A stretch of 11,905 nucleotides of DNA from Planctomycetales bacterium (lineage in GTDB: Bacteria > 4484-113), in the NCBI GenBank assembly GCA_037445915.1, contig JBBIJQ010000057.1, positions 1-11,905 on the forward strand, read 5' to 3'. The translations under genes were made by a program, and so were the position numbers. Below, piece after piece: positions 8,043 to 11,905 of the stretch. The notes below the pieces were generated by a model. That model was not told the DNA's origin, ran no database searches, and saw only the letters and a list, made by a program, of their open reading frames with translations. Numbering within the stretch: position 1 is the stretch's first letter; every line of letters starts with the position of its first letter.

Positions 8043-8219
8043 TCAGAAGGTCCCTGTCCAGAAGTAGCCGACTGCAGCTAGGTCGCCAGTGTCCACTACT
8101 CCGTTGCTGTTTGAATCAAACCAGGGCAGGAAGCCTGCATCGGCGCTGCGAAGTCCCAGCAGCGGAACAAGCGCGTCGCGGTCAAGGCTGTTCACAAGGC
8201 GGTCGCCGTTCACGTCGCC
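8043..8219 (-). other. Dockerin-like domain of the M6 protease
   Basis: Calcium-loop repeats DVNGDRLVNSLD and DSNSNGVVDTGD with following helices at the C-terminus. Confidence 0.8.
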
Positions 8220-11036
8220 GCGCAGGTTGAATATGAAGATGGGTATCTGCACTACCGGGCTGCCGACACCATTGGCGTCAAACGCCTGTAGCTCCAGCAT
8301 CGCCGCCTGGTTGCCCAGCGTTGAAACGTCAAGGTTAAGCTCATATGGCGCGGCTATTTCGCCCGAAATGGGCGCGCCTCCCGTTGTCAGCTCGTAACGA
8401 ACCTTAACCGGGCTGTTGCTCGCAGCGACGGTTCCGGTGATTTGCCCCTTGGAATACACTGTGCCGTAATTAGCCGGCGTTGCGATGCCCGTGCTGGTGA
8501 TGAACGGCACCGATTCCGCCCAGTTGCTCGCGACTACTACCTGGTCAATCCACCACCCAGCGGGCATGCTCGTGCTCTGGCCGCAGCCGCTGCCATCGGT
8601 TTGCAGCATGAAGCCCACGCTCACGGTCTGGCCTGCGTATGCCGCAAGCCGCACATGCGTGCTTACCCAGTCGGATTCAAAACCAGTCAAGCGCGCCGGA
8701 TCGCCGCTGCGCAAATTAAGAAGCGTCCAATCGGATTGGAAGTTGTCGGTGCTGACCCAAACCGAGGCGATGTCTTTGCCGTTTTCAAGGTTGTAATGCG
8801 TCCTGAACGTCAGCGTCGGCGCGGGCGCGGGCGAGGCGGGGAGCTTCAGCCTCGGTAGCACCGCGAACGACTTCAGGCTGTTCGGGTAGTTGGGAGCCGT
8901 CGTGTTATAGACCCCGAATGAGTTGCCGCTATTGAAGCCGCCGGATAGCTTCTTGAAGCCGCCCGTGATGTCGCTTGCCCAGAAGGGGAGCGTCTCATTA
9001 GCCCCCTCAAAATGGTAGACGACCGGATACGCGCCCGGCGTGTTGTCCACAATGTATGAAAGCAGGGTTTCGCTGCCAAGCTCCGGCAGCGTCCCTTCAG
9101 CGACCGCGCGCACAGATATGTTGCCAAAGCTTATGCCGCTTGTGTTGCAGCTAAAGCCCCAAGGCGCCCCATTCACTTTCGTTTGGAACACCCCGTCAAG
9201 ATAGTAATCAATGGATAACGCGTTCTCAACTATATCCGGAATTATGTCCGCGCCCCCCGTCAGTATCATCGGCGATGGCTCAGGGAAGTGCAGGTATGCC
9301 GCGCCGATGCTCACGTCAATGATGGCGTCCGTCCCGTCGTGGCGGATGTTGCTGACGGTAACGTCGGTGGAATAGGAAAGCGTGTCCGCAAACTGCACGT
9401 AGGCGTTGGTGTCGGGCGTCGTATCAGGCGCGAAGCGGTTGGCATTTGCGTAAGCATCCGTCCACGGGTCGTATTTCCCGCCCATGTAGTCGGGGTCGTC
9501 AATTATCATGCCGTCTGCGCCTAAGTTGAGAGCATAAGAAGCGCTGCTCTCCTCAAGGTCTATAAACTTGCGCTCTTCGTGGTCGTTACAGCCAAATCCC
9601 CAGTCTTCCACGTCACCAAAAACGCCGTCTTTATACCAAACCCGCTCGTCAACATGCCAGATGAGCAGTCCGGGGTTCAGGACGCAAAGGGTTGGCGCGC
9701 TGGAGTAGATATCGCCGGAAGGCACGTAGGTCGGGTAATACAGGTATTGGTGGCTAAGGTTGTCGTTTTCAAGGATAAAATATTCCTGGCCTTCCTCGCC
9801 GTTGCGCCAGACACGGCGCACGTTGGCTGAACTGCTGTTGGTCGGCCCGAGCCGGAAGTCTTTCAAGTTGCCGGTAATCATGTCGGCGTTGGTCCAGCCA
9901 AGGCAATACTTAAGCGGGCCGCCAAGGTTGGCAGCCGGAAGGACATAAGACCCCGCGGCCATCATGCTCCAAAAGCCGTTGCCGCTGCTTTCATCGCCGT
10001 CGGGGCCGATATTGTTCCTGCCCGCGTAGTCTCCTCCATAATCATAGAGGTCGGGCAAGCCAAGTATATGGCCAACTTCGTGGTGCGGCGTGTATTCCCA
10101 CCAGGGGTAGGAAGCGTCGCTGTATCCCGCGAATGATGTGTAGTCCAGGAACGCGCCGCGAAGAATCTTCTTCCCGTCTTTTGTGAAGTCGGCTTCGTTA
10201 TACATGCCGTTCGGAAGGAAGCCGACGTGCTCGCGGCTAGTCCAGTTGTTTCTAAAGCGCTGGTAGACTATCGCGACCGAGTCGACGAAACCGTTGTTGT
10301 CGGCATCGTAATCGGCAAAGTTCACGTCGGGATTAGCGAGGTTGAGAAGCTGCCTTGCCTGATTGGTCGTCAATACGACAATTGAACCATTCCACAAAGG
10401 ACCGTTGTTAAGCTGGTACGCAGAATCCTCAGATCCGGTCGGGTAAACGTCGGCGTTCATGATCAGTTGGTTGTATGACTGCTGAGCGTAATACTCTTTT
10501 ACGCTGACGTTTTGCGCATCAGTTCCTGTCTCGCTGAACTTTTTTACAACCTGGCTTGTAGGCGCGATAGGTTGAGTAGACTCATCAGCCCATTTCACCT
10601 TAAGCACGAGTGTTCTCACCGTGCCGCTTTTGGGGCTGGCCATGCCATCAATGTTCATATCGTGCGGGCTGCCTGCTGAGGCTGCCTTGCCCTCGCCCGA
10701 AAACCCGCTGTAAAGCGCAGAGAGAAGCGCGGGGTCGCCTTCGCCGTAAACTCCAGGCTCCAGTTTGCCTTCAAGCTGGTATTCCTTGATGGTGTCGGCT
10801 GTGTATGCCCAGCGGTTGCGCGGCAGGCGGTAAGGTCCCGCATAAGGCGCATCTTTCCTGATGACGGCTGTTCCAGCAGGCGGCGCACTGGGAGAAATGG
10901 AGCTTGTTGACATAAAAACGTCCAGCGAGCCGTTTTCAAAGTGCAGGAGCTTCTTGGTGCCGCAGGATGCGAAGGCCGTAGTCAAAGTAAGTATTGCCAG
11001 GAGCAGGGCGCACCAGCGCAAGCATGATATGTGCAT
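8043..11036 (-). CDS. M6 family (immune inhibitor A-like) zinc metalloprotease, putative lipoprotein, with the same C-terminal module as the S8 protease
   Basis: HHEVGHILGLPDLYDY (HExxHxxGxxD), SVKEYYAQQSYNQL, DVNFADYDADNNGFVD, Met-turn WSMMAAGSY, EYFILEN and GLLIWHVDE. Start placed at ATG 11036 (997 aa) because GAGG lies 9 nt upstream, it gives a signal peptide ending TAFAS-C25, and it avoids overlap with the upstream gene. The track start is 11117. Confidence 0.92.
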   Translation of the reverse strand: MHISCLRWCALLLAILTLTTAFASCGTKKLLHFENGSLDVFMSTSSISPSAPPAGTAVIRKDAPYAGPYRLPRNRWAYTADTIKEYQLEGKLEPGVYGEGDPALLSALYSGFSGEGKAASAGSPHDMNIDGMASPKSGTVRTLVLKVKWADESTQPIAPTSQVVKKFSETGTDAQNVSVKEYYAQQSYNQLIMNADVYPTGSEDSAYQLNNGPLWNGSIVVLTTNQARQLLNLANPDVNFADYDADNNGFVDSVAIVYQRFRNNWTSREHVGFLPNGMYNEADFTKDGKKILRGAFLDYTSFAGYSDASYPWWEYTPHHEVGHILGLPDLYDYGGDYAGRNNIGPDGDESSGNGFWSMMAAGSYVLPAANLGGPLKYCLGWTNADMITGNLKDFRLGPTNSSSANVRRVWRNGEEGQEYFILENDNLSHQYLYYPTYVPSGDIYSSAPTLCVLNPGLLIWHVDERVWYKDGVFGDVEDWGFGCNDHEERKFIDLEESSASYALNLGADGMIIDDPDYMGGKYDPWTDAYANANRFAPDTTPDTNAYVQFADTLSYSTDVTVSNIRHDGTDAIIDVSIGAAYLHFPEPSPMILTGGADIIPDIVENALSIDYYLDGVFQTKVNGAPWGFSCNTSGISFGNISVRAVAEGTLPELGSETLLSYIVDNTPGAYPVVYHFEGANETLPFWASDITGGFKKLSGGFNSGNSFGVYNTTAPNYPNSLKSFAVLPRLKLPASPAPAPTLTFRTHYNLENGKDIASVWVSTDNFQSDWTLLNLRSGDPARLTGFESDWVSTHVRLAAYAGQTVSVGFMLQTDGSGCGQSTSMPAGWWIDQVVVASNWAESVPFITSTGIATPANYGTVYSKGQITGTVAASNSPVKVRYELTTGGAPISGEIAAPYELNLDVSTLGNQAAMLELQAFDANGVGSPVVQIPIFIFNLRGDVNGDRLVNSLDRDALVPLLGLRSADAGFLPWFDSNSNGVVDTGDLAAVGYFWTGTF
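8121..9288. repeat. 1168-bp direct repeat, copy 2 (inside the M6 gene)
   Basis: Matches 5323-6490 and encodes the same 389 aa (FPEPSPMIL...DAGFLPW). Confidence 0.97.
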
Positions 11037-11076
11037 GAGTCTCATCCTCTGGTTTGATACCGTTGTGCGCACTTGT

Positions 11077-11436
11077 TTATCCTGCCAGACCCCTAAGGAG
11101 GCTGATAGGAACGGCAAAGTGTATCAGGCTGCCACGCTGGTCTATGTTGGGTGACGCTTGTGCGACTCTTTCGCAAAACACTTTCACCTGCTCCGCGTCT
11201 TTGGTCAGGCAAATCAGCAAGCGGCTTTCGTGCTTGTCGGAAGTGAACAGCGACGACATCACCGACGCAATAGAAAGCTCTGCCGAATGCGTGTGGAACG
11301 TCGCCTGCGACAGTCCGTGGCTGTTCACAATTGTCACGCCGCTGGCGCCGGCTTCCATAAGCGCGGCGATGATCTCCTCGGAGTGTTCAACGTCGCGCAC
11401 AATAACACAAAATGCTATACCTTCAGATTCCGGCAT
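11077..11436 (-). CDS. P-II-like (GlnB-fold) small regulatory protein
   Basis: 119 aa, the size and pattern of the P-II superfamily: VIVRDVEHSEEIIAALMEAGASGVTIVNSHG, a T-loop-like segment, SRLLICLT and GSLIHFAVPI. Lacks the canonical GlnB/GlnK YRGAEY and GDGKIF motifs. Confidence 0.7.
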   Translation of the reverse strand: MPESEGIAFCVIVRDVEHSEEIIAALMEAGASGVTIVNSHGLSQATFHTHSAELSIASVMSSLFTSDKHESRLLICLTKDAEQVKVFCERVAQASPNIDQRGSLIHFAVPISLLRGLAG

Positions 11437-11497
11437 ATCCTTAGGATTTTACCCTATAACAAACCTTCCAGCTATCAGGTTCGCTCCTATTCTGTAA

Positions 11498-11506
11498 TGA
11501 TACAAT
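11498..11506 (+). promoter_or_regulatory. Extended -10 element (TGaTACAAT) for the MBL-fold gene
   Basis: TG-A-TACAAT about 42 nt upstream of the start codon, in an AT-rich divergent intergenic region. RBS AAGGAG at 11536-11541. Confidence 0.55.
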
Positions 11507-11548
11507 CTCACTCTTTGCTAATGAATGTTTTCCCAAAGGAGCCTCTTG

Positions 11549-11905
11549 TTGAAGATTGAAACTTTCGTATGCGGGCCGGTGCAGACCAACGTCTATCTCA
11601 TCTGGAATGAAGACACGCGAGAGGCTGCGCTTATTGACCCGGGGATGAATTCTGAAGAAGCCGGAGAAGCAGCCGCTAAATTTGGGCTTATCCCCAAATA
11701 TGTCTTCAATACGCACGCGCACTTTGACCACACCTGGCTAAACGCCTACTACAAGAGGCTGTGGCCTGCCGCTAGGCTTGTTTACAATAAGCTTGAGGAA
11801 CCGATGTTGGATGCTTCGCCACAGGCAGCCGCCCTTTTTGGCTTTCCCGCACCTGAAGCCTCGCCGCATGCCGATGTTTACTGCGTTGAAGGCGACGTAT
11901 TCATG
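11549..11905 (+). CDS. Metallo-beta-lactamase-fold hydrolase (glyoxalase II/YcbL-like), 3' end outside the window
   Basis: Not in the ORF track; translated by hand from TTG 11549 (7 nt after AAGGAG, alternative TTG at 11546): MKIETFVCGPVQTNVYLIWNEDTREAALIDPG...VFNTHAHFDH. Has the HxHxDH motif and stays open to the window end. Confidence 0.92.
   Translation, partial: MKIETFVCGPVQTNVYLIWNEDTREAALIDPGMNSEEAGEAAAKFGLIPKYVFNTHAHFDHTWLNAYYKRLWPAARLVYNKLEEPMLDASPQAAALFGFPAPEASPHADVYCVEGDVFM

Noticed and set aside
5245-8120. Diversity-generating retroelement (VR/TR pair) as the cause of the variable C-terminal tails
   Set aside because: Differences between 5245-5322 and 8043-8120 involve all four bases and many synonymous sites rather than adenine-specific changes. 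No reverse transcriptase is in the window.
5323-9288. The 1168-bp repeats as insertion sequences flanking a composite transposon
   Set aside because: No transposase, terminal inverted repeats or target-site duplication. The repeat is in-frame protein domain sequence.
9289-11036. Lower GC in the M6 catalytic region as a sign of horizontal transfer
   Set aside because: Spot counts showed similarly low GC lines within dnaB, so it cannot be supported without a proper GC3/codon analysis.
11037-11117. N-terminal extension of the M6 ORF
   Set aside because: It overlaps the P-II-like gene and buries the signal peptide. ATG 11036 has an RBS and matches the S8 leader pattern.
11441-11731. 96-aa minus-strand ORF, and plus-strand ORFs 11054-11497 and 11158-11559
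   Set aside because: Antisense shadows of the MBL-fold and P-II-like genes with no motifs.

Overview
Bacterial chromosomal window. The left half is housekeeping: lipA (truncated by the window edge), recR and ybaB/ebfC on the minus strand, a divergent gamma-glutamylcyclotransferase-family gene, then a divergent purD and dnaB on the minus strand. The right half is a minus-strand block of a small P-II-like gene, an M6 (immune inhibitor A-like) metalloprotease and an S8 subtilase, followed by a divergent metallo-beta-lactamase-fold hydrolase that runs off the window. The main observation is that the two proteases belong to unrelated catalytic classes, both look like lipoproteins, and share a 1168-bp direct repeat (5323-6490 and 8121-9288, no mismatch found by eye). 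The repeat encodes a 389-aa Ig-like/MAM-like/Ig-like/dockerin module. Identity stops just before the second dockerin calcium loop, which is homologous but diverged. This suggests a modular dockerin-tagged surface protease system shaped by recent gene conversion, though an assembly artefact must be excluded. Also seen: a candidate structured RNA of about 100 nt behind a sigma70-type promoter upstream of dnaB, and several leaderless-type promoters. All calls come from motif recognition by eye; no searches were run.
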